Below are positions 20,194 through 29,642 of a stretch of 64,000 nucleotides of DNA, piece after piece (the stretch's first letter is position 1; every line of letters starts with the position of its first letter). The position numbers and the translations under genes are program-made. This stretch comes from a virus (Duplodnaviria > Caudoviricetes): the IMG/VR virus record IMGVR_UViG_3300035182_001315, one strand, 5' to 3'. A model generated the notes under the pieces. The model was given only the letters and a program-made list of their open reading frames with translations, made no database searches and was not told the origin of the DNA.

Positions 20194-20888
20194 TGATACA
20201 AGTAGCATATTCTAATTCGGTTTGTAAGGACCTCTGGCCAGCATTTTATAAACTGTTGATGATTCATTCAAAGATGCAAACATATTCAATCTTGGATATA
20301 GAAGCACCTTATTATATCGACAAGCATTTTATTTACGCCGGTGATGCACCCTATTACAAGGCTTGGACTGATGCATTAAAAGCTCTCCCAAACGAATTCT
20401 TTATCTATCTTCAAGAAGATTTTTTCCTTTACGATAGAGTAGACATGGTTAAGATAAGAGAGTACGAAACTTACCTTAAGGAACATCCTGAGTATTCATT
20501 CGTAAGACTTTTGAAATCCGGTGCGCTGGGTAACAAAAAGATTACTGATACCCTTTACGAAATCGAATCGACCAATCAAGATATTTTCTCCATGCAAGCC
20601 ACCATCTGGAGAAGTTCAGATTACATAAAGTTACTTGAGGAAGTGAAAGATGAGAAATGGCTTGAGAACTACAAATACCGTGACGCAGCCATCAAGCTTG
20701 GCATAAAGGGCCTCTACCATTACGATGGTGAGCCTAAGAGGGGCGGAGCACACTATGACAGCAAAGTTTATCCCTACATCGCCACGGCGCTCGTAAGGGG
20801 CAAATGGAACCTTTCTGAATATCCAAAGGAACTTGGGAAAATTGGACAAGACCATAACATTGATTTTACAAAAAGAGGAACTTACTAA
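20193..20888 (+). CDS. Putative GT-A glycosyltransferase
   Basis: FIYLQEDFFL; FSMQATIW; island context. Confidence 0.55.
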   Translation: MIQVAYSNSVCKDLWPAFYKLLMIHSKMQTYSILDIEAPYYIDKHFIYAGDAPYYKAWTDALKALPNEFFIYLQEDFFLYDRVDMVKIREYETYLKEHPEYSFVRLLKSGALGNKKITDTLYEIESTNQDIFSMQATIWRSSDYIKLLEEVKDEKWLENYKYRDAAIKLGIKGLYHYDGEPKRGGAHYDSKVYPYIATALVRGKWNLSEYPKELGKIGQDHNIDFTKRGTY

Positions 20889-21646
20889 TGGCAAATGAAA
20901 ACTTAGGTGTTTGGGAAGGATTCAAGAATTCTGTCAGACATCACTTAAATACGGATAATATAAATAACTTTCATAACTGGCCGGTGCTTCAGCAGACAAT
21001 GATTGCTGGGATTGATGCGGTGGAATTTACTCACTTGCAAAATTCACCTCTTTGGTCTAAGTGGATGGAAACACTGAATGAAACAGCCCTTCAACCCAAC
21101 TCTTATAACCCATTCCCAAGCAGCTCAACCAACAACATGCATCACGCATATTCCTTGGATGTAATGATGAGCCTTTTGGGGTTGAATCTTAATGAATTTG
21201 GTACAATTGTTGAGTTCGGCGGCGGCTATGGCAACACAGCCCGTTTGTTCAAAAGATGGGGTCACACCGGCGATTTTTATATCTACGACATCCCAGAACT
21301 TCTGGAAATCCAGAGGCATTACCTGACAGTAAACAATGCACCAGAAATCAAGCTTATCTCCGGCGCTGAGGCTCTGGGAGAGATTGGAAAAAATTCTTTG
21401 TTCCTTGGGTTATGGTCTATCAGTGAAGTGCCGGTTGAAGCCAGAGCAGCGTTGCTTGACCAGTTGAAGTTTTATGAATGTGAGAACATCTTCATCGCCA
21501 TGGGTGAAACCTTCTATCAAGAGAATAATATGGCTTGGTTGCAAGAGGTTGTAATACCAAAGCTTGGCCCAAAGTATGCGCATGAGTTTGTAAGGATTGC
21601 ACATGGCCAAGGTATGTACTATTTCCGAGCTAAAAAGACGGATTAA
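20888..21646 (+). CDS. Putative sugar O-methyltransferase
   Basis: VEFGGGYG SAM motif; IYDIPE; WSISE. Confidence 0.75.
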   Translation: MANENLGVWEGFKNSVRHHLNTDNINNFHNWPVLQQTMIAGIDAVEFTHLQNSPLWSKWMETLNETALQPNSYNPFPSSSTNNMHHAYSLDVMMSLLGLNLNEFGTIVEFGGGYGNTARLFKRWGHTGDFYIYDIPELLEIQRHYLTVNNAPEIKLISGAEALGEIGKNSLFLGLWSISEVPVEARAALLDQLKFYECENIFIAMGETFYQENNMAWLQEVVIPKLGPKYAHEFVRIAHGQGMYYFRAKKTD

Positions 21647-21649
21647 GGG

Positions 21650-21680
21650 TTTACATATTTATTTTTAATTAGTATCTTTG
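21650..21680 (+). promoter_or_regulatory. Bacteroidota-type promoter TTTACA-N17-TATCTTTG
   Basis: TAnnTTTG at 21673-21680, 7 nt before ATG 21688. Confidence 0.7.
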
Positions 21681-21687
21681 CGTAACT

Positions 21688-22458
21688 ATGAAAGTTATCG
21701 CATTGACCTACGACTATGATTTAACCAAACTGGCTGAAATTGGGAGAAAATGGGCACCTGATGTTTATGGAAACAAGGACTATATCTTCGAATATTCAGC
21801 GGCATCCTATGCTACATTTTTGGACAAAAATCCAAACAAAGTACTTCATCTTTACACTGATGACATTCCTCTTATAAAAGAAAAGCTTAGCAAATATGTT
21901 ACCGGCCTTGAGTGGGTAATTTTCTATGATATTAACCACCTACTGGAGAAATATAAAAATGGGATGAGATACAGCTTTGATATGCTGACAGACTTCATCC
22001 ATTACGGCAAATCTCAAACAGAATTTACACTTAAGATTGATAATGATTTGGTATTTCATTCTGAAGTACCTGAACCGGCAACGGAAGGTAATGTCGTTTA
22101 CGTATGGAAATACGAAAGGCTGGTTAAGGAAGGTGACCCACGCATGGGCGAAATAAAGGTTGCCTCAGAAACCCTTGGTACCCTTGATTTCCCAATCTAC
22201 AACTTGGGTGTTTTTGGTTTACCGGCTCAATACCCAGAAGATGAGGTTCGTGAATTGATTGATAGAATGGTTGACGTTGATATCAGACCCGTAAGTGATT
22301 TGGGTGTAAAGATATGGCATTGCGCCGAACAGACGGCAAATAATTGGATTTTTCATGAAGTTGGCTACCACGTTGTTGAAACTTTTCGACATGTAACCCA
22401 CCACTATGACAATAAGCAGCTATGTATAAAGCATGCTGAATATCTTTTAAAGAAATAA
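21688..22458 (+). CDS. Putative GT-A glycosyltransferase
   Basis: LHLYTDD; LKIDNDL (DxD); YNLGVF; AEQ. Confidence 0.5.
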   Translation: MKVIALTYDYDLTKLAEIGRKWAPDVYGNKDYIFEYSAASYATFLDKNPNKVLHLYTDDIPLIKEKLSKYVTGLEWVIFYDINHLLEKYKNGMRYSFDMLTDFIHYGKSQTEFTLKIDNDLVFHSEVPEPATEGNVVYVWKYERLVKEGDPRMGEIKVASETLGTLDFPIYNLGVFGLPAQYPEDEVRELIDRMVDVDIRPVSDLGVKIWHCAEQTANNWIFHEVGYHVVETFRHVTHHYDNKQLCIKHAEYLLKK

Positions 22459-22459
22459 C

Positions 22460-23056
22460 ATGGCTGATGAATATTCACAGGCTGGCCAAGACAAATTTGT
22501 CCTGAGCCTTGCAAAAACTGACTTAGATCCAAATCATTACTTTGTTGATATCGGATGCTGGTTACCGATTACTCTTAACAACACAATGCTTCTTGAAGAA
22601 AATAGTTGGAAAGGTGTATCATTGGATATCTCCGACATGTATGCGGATTGGACAAGTAGGAAAACTCCTTTCGTACAAGCTGATGCACTTACAATGGACT
22701 ACGCATTGCTTTTCAAGAATACTGGGTTACCCCATTTTATTGATTACCTGAATGTGGATATCGAAGGAACCGGAATGAGATTTCAAGCCCTCAAGAAGGT
22801 TTTCGAATCTGGCCATGAGTTTGGAATCATAACAATCGAGCATGATGCTTACCGTGGGTTAACCGAATCTGAAATGGTACCTCAAAGGGAATTCCTGAGT
22901 GAGAAGGGTTACAGATTGGTTTGTGCCAGTGTTTGTTTGGGTGGCAACCCATTCGAGGATTGGTGGGTAAATACAAAATTCTATAAGGATTCTGAATACG
23001 AACATCTCTTGTCAAACAATGAAGAGGCAAGTGCAATAATAGCAAAATTAAAATGA
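22460..23056 (+). CDS. FkbM-like SAM methyltransferase
   Basis: YSQAGQD...FVDIG...IDYLNVDIEG...ITIEH. Confidence 0.8.
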   Translation: MADEYSQAGQDKFVLSLAKTDLDPNHYFVDIGCWLPITLNNTMLLEENSWKGVSLDISDMYADWTSRKTPFVQADALTMDYALLFKNTGLPHFIDYLNVDIEGTGMRFQALKKVFESGHEFGIITIEHDAYRGLTESEMVPQREFLSEKGYRLVCASVCLGGNPFEDWWVNTKFYKDSEYEHLLSNNEEASAIIAKLK

Positions 23057-23610
23057 ACAATATGAGCAAAAACTATCAGAGTGATAACTCAAGCAATGTA
23101 GGCGAGTGGGAAAGCCACGCAGCCATCGCAGCAGCCGCTGAAAACGTAATCGTTGAGATTGGCGTTTTATTCGGTGACACAACAAAGGTATTGCTGGGCG
23201 CAGCAAAGCCAACAACTCACATTTACGGTATTGACCCTATAATTCCTGACTCTATGAACGAAGCCCTTATCGGTAGCGTTGAAAAGATAAATGAATTGGT
23301 TGCCCAGTATCCTAATTTCACCTTCATCAAGGATTACAGCTTCAACGTTGTTAAGACTTGGGACAAGGAAATTGATTACATCTTTATTGATGGTGACCAC
23401 CAGTACGAAGCAGTTAAGGCGGATTACGAACAATGGTTGCCTTTCGTTAAGGTTGGTGGTATCATTGCCATCCATGATTCAGCTGCGAACAGAGGCGGTC
23501 CGTTTTACTGGCCGGGGCCTTCACAATTGGCTGACGAATTAATCAATGCGTCTAATCTGGAATTCATTCAGACAAGACATACAATGACAATTTTAAAAAA
23601 AATCGCATGA
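23053..23610 (+). CDS. Class I SAM methyltransferase (Methyltransf_24-like)
   Basis: VEIGVLFG...YGID...IFIDGDHQYEAV...GGIIAIHD. Confidence 0.85.
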   Translation: MNNMSKNYQSDNSSNVGEWESHAAIAAAAENVIVEIGVLFGDTTKVLLGAAKPTTHIYGIDPIIPDSMNEALIGSVEKINELVAQYPNFTFIKDYSFNVVKTWDKEIDYIFIDGDHQYEAVKADYEQWLPFVKVGGIIAIHDSAANRGGPFYWPGPSQLADELINASNLEFIQTRHTMTILKKIA

Positions 23611-25295
23611 AAAAAAGAGTTTTAATATTGGGTGGTGGTGGCTTTATCGGCGGACACTTAGCGAAGAAACTAAAGTCTGAGGGTTGCTGGGTACGTGTTG
23701 TGGATATCAAGAAACATGAGTACTTTAAGGAAGAAGATTTCTGTCATGAATTCATTCTCGGAGACCTCAGAAATCCTTTAACCGTTTCAAAGGCAATGTT
23801 CTCCCCATCTCAATCATCACCAAATGATGCTGTTGGTAGCTTCGATGAAGTTTACCAGCTTGCGGCAGACATGGGCGGTGCCGGTTATATTTTTACTGGT
23901 GACCATGATGCAGACGTTATGCACAACTCAGCTCTTATCAACCTAAACGTTGCTCATTACGCTGAGAAGCACAAGGTGAAGAAGATATTTTACTCTTCAT
24001 CAGCATGCATGTATCCTGAACACAACCAGCTTGACCCTTTGAATCCAAACTGTGAAGAATCTTCTGCATACCCTGCAAATCCAGATTCTGAATATGGTTG
24101 GGAAAAGTTATTCAGCGAAAGACTCTACGGAGCATTCAGCCGTAACTATGGAATGGATGTACGTATTGCAAGGTTCCACAACATCTTCGGTCCTTATGGA
24201 ACATGGAAGGGTGGAAAGGAAAAAGCACCGGCAGCTATGTGCAGAAAGGCCGCTGAAACTGAGGCTGGCAGCAGCATTGAGGTTTGGGGTGACGGTCAAC
24301 AGACTCGTTCATTCTTATACATTGATGATTGTCTTAAGGCAATTGAGAAGTTCATGGAATCTAATTTCCAAGGGCCGGTGAATATCGGTTCTGAAGAAAT
24401 GGTAACAATCAACGAATTGGCTCAAATGGCTATTGATTTATCAGGAAAAGACATTAAGATTGATAATATTAAGGGTGTTGAATTCTTGTTGAAATACGGA
24501 TTCAATTGTCCTACAGGTGTTAGAGGAAGAAATTCTGATAACAAACTGTTCGAAGAAAAAATGAAGTGGAAGGTTAATCAGCCGTTGAAGGATGGCATGG
24601 CCAAGACCTTTAATTGGATAAAGAACCAGTTATACATGGATAAATTTTGCGTAGTAGTACAAGGCCCCAGCACCCAAGTGGATGAAATCAGGACAGCGTT
24701 CGGTGAGGCCGGTATTCATGTTATCTTTTCTACATGGGAAGGACAGAGGGATAAATATTCTGATAGCGATATCGTGGTGTTTAACGAATATCCAACTGAT
24801 GCTGGAATAGGGAATATCAACTATCAGAAGATTACAACTCTCAATGGTTTGATGAAAGCGAAACAGCTGGGGTTTGACTACGCATTAAAATTCAGAAGTG
24901 ACCAAATTCCGACGAATCCAAAAGAATTCGTTAAGTCTTTTTTTAATGACAGGCTTAACTTCTTTGCTTGGCACTTCACACCGGATTTGGCAATCAAGGG
25001 TTACATGGTTGATTATTTTATGTCTGGGCCGATTGACCAACTCATTGATATCTGGACGTTCGAATCAATCAGGTACAGCATTCCAGAGGCGATGATAACC
25101 AATGGAATTCTGAAGAATTTTGAGAAGTTCAATTTCCTTGTAAATGTTTTGGATGAGGACAACGATGTGTACTGGGACAAATATAAGATTAAACTTAGTA
25201 ACTTCAAGAACATCAAAACAACAACTTGGTTCGGTGAAATCGACCTGAGAATTGAGCCGGTTGTTCATGAAGCATATAAAACAGTTTTCGAATGA
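23607..25295 (+). CDS. GDP-mannose 3',5'-epimerase-like NAD-dependent epimerase fused to a C-terminal WavE-like domain
   Basis: GGGGFIG, LAADMGG, SSSACMYP, SEYGWEK, GGKEKAPAAMCRK; from about residue 345 VVVQGP...IFSTW...NINYQ...KFRSD. Confidence 0.85.
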   Translation: MKKRVLILGGGGFIGGHLAKKLKSEGCWVRVVDIKKHEYFKEEDFCHEFILGDLRNPLTVSKAMFSPSQSSPNDAVGSFDEVYQLAADMGGAGYIFTGDHDADVMHNSALINLNVAHYAEKHKVKKIFYSSSACMYPEHNQLDPLNPNCEESSAYPANPDSEYGWEKLFSERLYGAFSRNYGMDVRIARFHNIFGPYGTWKGGKEKAPAAMCRKAAETEAGSSIEVWGDGQQTRSFLYIDDCLKAIEKFMESNFQGPVNIGSEEMVTINELAQMAIDLSGKDIKIDNIKGVEFLLKYGFNCPTGVRGRNSDNKLFEEKMKWKVNQPLKDGMAKTFNWIKNQLYMDKFCVVVQGPSTQVDEIRTAFGEAGIHVIFSTWEGQRDKYSDSDIVVFNEYPTDAGIGNINYQKITTLNGLMKAKQLGFDYALKFRSDQIPTNPKEFVKSFFNDRLNFFAWHFTPDLAIKGYMVDYFMSGPIDQLIDIWTFESIRYSIPEAMITNGILKNFEKFNFLVNVLDEDNDVYWDKYKIKLSNFKNIKTTTWFGEIDLRIEPVVHEAYKTVFE

Positions 25296-26017
25296 ATGTA
25301 TTAATACCAATGGCTGGGCTGGGTTCTCGTTTTCCAGTAAGTGAATACAAGGTACCGAAGCCAATGATACCGATAAAGAATTTTGGTCTACCAATGATTG
25401 AGGTGGCTATCAAAACTCTTGATGTTTCTGGTAAATATATTTTTATTGTAAACAGTGCTCAACCAGAATATTTTGAAGTTGTGAAGACTCTTTGGAAAGC
25501 GGCTAATAATCCAATAATCATCAATGTTGATTATTTAACAGAAGGCCCAGCTTCAACTTGTTTATTGGCAACTCAATTTATTAACAACGATGAACCGTTG
25601 GTTATTGCTAACTGCGACCAAATTATGGAATGGTCAGGACAGTCTTTTTTGGAATACTGTAACCAATCAGATTCAGATGGTATCGTTGTAACGTATGATG
25701 TACAGACAACAAAAAACAGTTATGTGAAACTGGATGAGCGTGGATGGGCAACTGAATTTGCTGAAAAGAAAATCATCAGTAATCACTCCCTTAATGGTAT
25801 TCATTACTGGAAGAAGGGGTCTGATTTCGTTGAGTCAGCAATGAAAATGATTGACAAAGACATCAGGGTGAACAATGAATTTTATATTTCCCAGACGTAC
25901 AATGAACTTGTACAGGAAGGAAAGAAAATAACAATTTATGAAATAGACAAGTTTCAGCACTGGGCCGTAGGAACACCTGAAGACTTGGATAAATACAATG
26001 AACATGCGAATTTATAA
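25292..26017 (+). CDS. Sugar-phosphate nucleotidyltransferase (NTP_transferase family)
   Basis: LIPMAGLGSRF...PKPMI...TEGPAST...IANCDQ...NNEFYI. Confidence 0.85.
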   Translation: MNVLIPMAGLGSRFPVSEYKVPKPMIPIKNFGLPMIEVAIKTLDVSGKYIFIVNSAQPEYFEVVKTLWKAANNPIIINVDYLTEGPASTCLLATQFINNDEPLVIANCDQIMEWSGQSFLEYCNQSDSDGIVVTYDVQTTKNSYVKLDERGWATEFAEKKIISNHSLNGIHYWKKGSDFVESAMKMIDKDIRVNNEFYISQTYNELVQEGKKITIYEIDKFQHWAVGTPEDLDKYNEHANL

Positions 26018-26327
26018 TTTACGTGATATGGTGGGTGGTTGGTTTGTAGGTAACTTCGAACCGGCAGCATTACAAACAGATACTTTCGAGGTTTGTTATA
26101 AGCATCATAAAGAAGGTGAAGTATGGGACACACATTACCATAAGGAAGCCATTGAAGTTAATTTATTGGTTAAGGGTACGATGTTCATTAACGATATGAA
26201 GATAGTAGCTGGTGAAATCTTTGTTATTCCACCTTATTATGTTTCAGCACCAGTATTTGCAAGTGATTGTGAGCTGGTCGTAATTAAAACACCTTCAATT
26301 AAGGGTGACAAATATGTAGTAAAATAA
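25998..26327 (+). CDS. Cupin-fold protein
   Basis: HYH...E metal motif; GEIFVIPP. Confidence 0.75.
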   Translation: MNMRIYNLRDMVGGWFVGNFEPAALQTDTFEVCYKHHKEGEVWDTHYHKEAIEVNLLVKGTMFINDMKIVAGEIFVIPPYYVSAPVFASDCELVVIKTPSIKGDKYVVK

Positions 26328-26332
26328 ACGAT

Positions 26333-27514
26333 ATGATATTTAAAGAAAAATTAAACGAACAGGATTACATTATAGTGAAGTACTATCTTGAATCAGAAAC
26401 CAACCTCAGAGATGCGGCTTGGAATTTGGCGATTGGCCAAAGCGTAGGTAACCCTAATGTAAGAAACAAATGGGAAAGCGATGAGTTATTCGAAAAATAT
26501 TCCGCAATGGTGGAAGGTGACGAGGAATCTTTAAAAGGTGTGAAGGGAGGGATAGTGAAGATTGGATTCCCCAAAATCAATTTGGATTGGGCTACTGACG
26601 GTGTTTCTCAATTGCTTTGCTTCATTATGGGTGGCCAGATGGACATCGACAACGTAACCAAGTGTCACGTGTTGGATATCGACTTCCCAGAATCAATCTC
26701 TTCAACATTCCTTAAGCCAAAGTTTGGCCTTACAGGATTCAGAGATTTCAGCAACACACATGGCAAGCCTTTCTTTGGTGCTATCGTAAAACCAAAGACT
26801 GGCATTTCAAGTGATGTACTTTTGGAGATGGTAAAGGAAATGGTTGATGGTGGTGTAAACTTCATCAAGGAAGACGAAATTCTTTCTAACCCAGCATTCT
26901 GTACGATTGAAGAAAGAGTTCCGAAAATCATGGAATACGTTAAAGGTAAGGGTGTGATATACTCTGTGTGTATCAACTCAGACCCTGCATATATATTGGA
27001 CCGTGTAAAGCGTGTTCACGAGCTGGGTGGAAACTCAGTTCACGTTAATTTTTGGTCTGGCCTTGGCGTATATAAGTCAATCCGTGAATTGGACCTTCCG
27101 ATTTTTATTCACTTCCAGAAATCTGGTGACAAGACCCTGACTGCAAAGTCTCACGATTATCATATCGAATGGTATGTAATCTGTAAGCTGGCCGCAGCCA
27201 TGGGTGTGGATTCGATTCATGCTGGCATGTATGGTGGTTATTTGAATGATGAGAAAGAAGAACTTCTTCACAACTTGGGGGTATTGAGAAGTGCGAATGT
27301 TATCCCAGCCTTGAGTTGTGGCATGCATGCCGGTTTGATTGACTACGTTACTGATAACGTGGGTATCGATTACATGGCGAACGTTGGTGGGGCTATTCAT
27401 GGTCATCCAGATTCAACCGGAGCCGGTTGTAGAGCAATAAGACAAGCCATAGACAAAACCTATGGTGAAGAATACTACAAGGCAATTGCCAAGTGGGGTA
27501 AAAAAACTGACTAA
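26333..27514 (+). CDS. RuBisCO-like protein (form IV RLP)
   Basis: GAIVKPKTG, GGVNFIKEDE, DSIHAG, PALSCG, VGGAIHGHP; several carboxylase residues substituted. Confidence 0.92.
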   Translation: MIFKEKLNEQDYIIVKYYLESETNLRDAAWNLAIGQSVGNPNVRNKWESDELFEKYSAMVEGDEESLKGVKGGIVKIGFPKINLDWATDGVSQLLCFIMGGQMDIDNVTKCHVLDIDFPESISSTFLKPKFGLTGFRDFSNTHGKPFFGAIVKPKTGISSDVLLEMVKEMVDGGVNFIKEDEILSNPAFCTIEERVPKIMEYVKGKGVIYSVCINSDPAYILDRVKRVHELGGNSVHVNFWSGLGVYKSIRELDLPIFIHFQKSGDKTLTAKSHDYHIEWYVICKLAAAMGVDSIHAGMYGGYLNDEKEELLHNLGVLRSANVIPALSCGMHAGLIDYVTDNVGIDYMANVGGAIHGHPDSTGAGCRAIRQAIDKTYGEEYYKAIAKWGKKTD

Positions 27515-28152
27515 TGATTATAAGTAATTTCGTAAACCATATCCTTGGTCAGAACAAGGATTATTCACCAAAGGTAATCTTGGACATCGGTTCAAGAGAC
27601 CTTGGCCAGAGCATTGAGCTGGGCTCCGTGTTCCCGAATGCCAAGATTTATGCCTTCGAACCAAACCCAGAACAGTTTAAGATTTGTGCTGAGTTAGCTA
27701 AGAATTATCCAAATATCACCGCAATTCCCAAGGCTGTAAGCAACATCACCGGCACCTTGGATTTTTATGTAACTCATGGTAACGTGGGCGCATCATCAAC
27801 GCTGGAACCTCTTGACGTTCCGTTCGGTACAAGCAGGGACTTTACAAAGATTACTGTTGAATCAATCATCCTTTATGATTGGTTAAACGCTGAAGGAATT
27901 GACCAAGTTGACGTTATGTGGATGGACGCTCAGGGTATCGAATTGTCTGTATTGAAAAGTCTTGGTGAAAAATTGGAAAAAGTTAAGTATCTTCACTGTG
28001 AAGCGGCAGAAATTGGGTATTACAAGGGACATCAGTTGAAGGCTGAGCTTGATGAATACTTGGTTTCAATGGGTTTTGACCTTTTATTTAAAAACGAAGC
28101 ATACCATCCTTACAAAGAGGGAGATATTATTGCTACAAACAGAAACATATGA
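27514..28152 (+). CDS. FkbM family methyltransferase
   Basis: LDIGSRD...FEPNP...AVSN...VDVMWMDAQGIE. Confidence 0.85.
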   Translation: MIISNFVNHILGQNKDYSPKVILDIGSRDLGQSIELGSVFPNAKIYAFEPNPEQFKICAELAKNYPNITAIPKAVSNITGTLDFYVTHGNVGASSTLEPLDVPFGTSRDFTKITVESIILYDWLNAEGIDQVDVMWMDAQGIELSVLKSLGEKLEKVKYLHCEAAEIGYYKGHQLKAELDEYLVSMGFDLLFKNEAYHPYKEGDIIATNRNI

Positions 28153-28712
28153 TACTTATAAGCCACAGGGGGAACATTGACGGCATCAATCCAAAATTGG
28201 AGAATGACCCGATGTATATCAAGATGGCCCTGACCATGGGTTATCATGTTGAAATTGACGTTTGGTATTCAAACGAACAATGGTACCTTGGCCATGACCT
28301 ACCAACGTTTCCAATTGATGAATCATTTCTTGAGAATGATAAGCTTTGGTGCCATTCGAAGAATCATTACGCAATGGAGAAGATGTTACATAACCATTTG
28401 ATTCATTGTTTCTGGCATGAGAATGACCAGCTGACCCTCACTTCAAAAAGATTTGTGTGGACATATATGGGTAAGAATCAAATAGCAAATTCAATTGCTG
28501 TTCTCCCTGAGAAATTTCCATTCAGAGAGATTTCACCAAACGTTGTTGGTATATGCAGCGATAATATTAAAAATTATAAAGGTAATGATATTACTCACTT
28601 ACGGAACCCGTCCAGAATATATAAAGGTTCATCCAATAATGGTGGAGATGACCAGAAGGCAAATGAAATTCAAGACTCTTTTCACAGGCCAACACAAGGA
28701 CCTGCTATCTGA
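28149..28712 (+). CDS. PLC-like/GDPD-type phosphodiesterase (short TIM barrel)
   Basis: LISHRGN...VEIDVW...LGHD...WCHSKN...GICSD. Confidence 0.65.
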   Translation: MILISHRGNIDGINPKLENDPMYIKMALTMGYHVEIDVWYSNEQWYLGHDLPTFPIDESFLENDKLWCHSKNHYAMEKMLHNHLIHCFWHENDQLTLTSKRFVWTYMGKNQIANSIAVLPEKFPFREISPNVVGICSDNIKNYKGNDITHLRNPSRIYKGSSNNGGDDQKANEIQDSFHRPTQGPAI

Positions 28713-29622
28713 TAATGAAGCTGATTACAATCACCCATTTGAAAACTTCCCCGGTAACCGTTTAGATTCGGTATTGAAGAATTGCTTGAGCCTGAACGAT
28801 AGATACTTTGATGGTATCACCCATGTATTGGTACAAGGTGATACAACGTCTGTATTGGGATTGGCTATAACAGCAATGCACAGAGGATTAAAGATTATTC
28901 ATCTTGAAGCTGGGCTAAGAACTTATGATAAACAGAATCCATTCCCAGAGGAAAACAATCGTAGACTTATTTCAGCAATCGCTGATATTCATTTATGTCC
29001 AACAATACAGAGTCAATCAAATTTAATTCGAGAAGGTATTGATGAGAATGATACATACCTTGTTGGTAACACCGGCTTAGATGAAATCTTAAAAAAAATA
29101 ATTCCTCTCCGTGATACAAGTGAACCAAAAGAAATATTAATAACTCTTCATAGACGAGAAAATCACGAGAAGATGGATGAGTGGTTTACCGCAATTAATG
29201 ATTTAGCCAAGGACTATCCACAATATAATTTTGTTGTCCCTTTGCATCCAAACCCAATGGTACAAAAGCATAAAGATTTATTAACAGATGTTGTTATCGT
29301 TGAGCCAATGTCTCATTTTCAATTGTTAAATTTCATCTCAAGAAGTAGATTGGTAATAACCGATTCGGGCGGTATTCAAGAAGAATGTTCGTTCTTGAGA
29401 AAGAAAGTGCTGGTTTGTCGTAAGATAACCGAAAGGCCAGAATCGCTGGGGTTAACGTCATGGCCGGTTATGACTCCAAACGATTTGAAGAATCTGTTTA
29501 GGAAACACAGTAGTTCCTATTTTGTTCCGCCAGATACATATTGTCCATACGGGGACGGGCATGCCTCAGAAAAAATCTGTGATATATTTCAGGGTTGGTG
29601 TAACTTCGAAAAAGGTCTTTGA
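28585..29622 (+). CDS. wecB: UDP-N-acetylglucosamine 2-epimerase (non-hydrolysing)
   Basis: GTRPE, TGQH, QGDT, HLEAGLR, PEE-NR, TLHRRE, TDSGGIQEE, ERPE; start placed at ATG 28585. Confidence 0.95.
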   Translation: MILLTYGTRPEYIKVHPIMVEMTRRQMKFKTLFTGQHKDLLSDNEADYNHPFENFPGNRLDSVLKNCLSLNDRYFDGITHVLVQGDTTSVLGLAITAMHRGLKIIHLEAGLRTYDKQNPFPEENNRRLISAIADIHLCPTIQSQSNLIREGIDENDTYLVGNTGLDEILKKIIPLRDTSEPKEILITLHRRENHEKMDEWFTAINDLAKDYPQYNFVVPLHPNPMVQKHKDLLTDVVIVEPMSHFQLLNFISRSRLVITDSGGIQEECSFLRKKVLVCRKITERPESLGLTSWPVMTPNDLKNLFRKHSSSYFVPPDTYCPYGDGHASEKICDIFQGWCNFEKGL

Positions 29623-29630
29623 TATTTATT
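29621..29630 (+). promoter_or_regulatory. Putative late promoter GATATTTATT
   Basis: Upstream of phoH. Confidence 0.55.
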
Positions 29631-29642
29631 TAAAAAGACTGC

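Noticed and set aside
26333-27514. Bona fide CO2-fixing RuBisCO (rbcL)
   Set aside because: K334, H294, N123 and E60 equivalents are substituted; no small subunit, PRK or AMP-pathway genes; fits form IV RLP.
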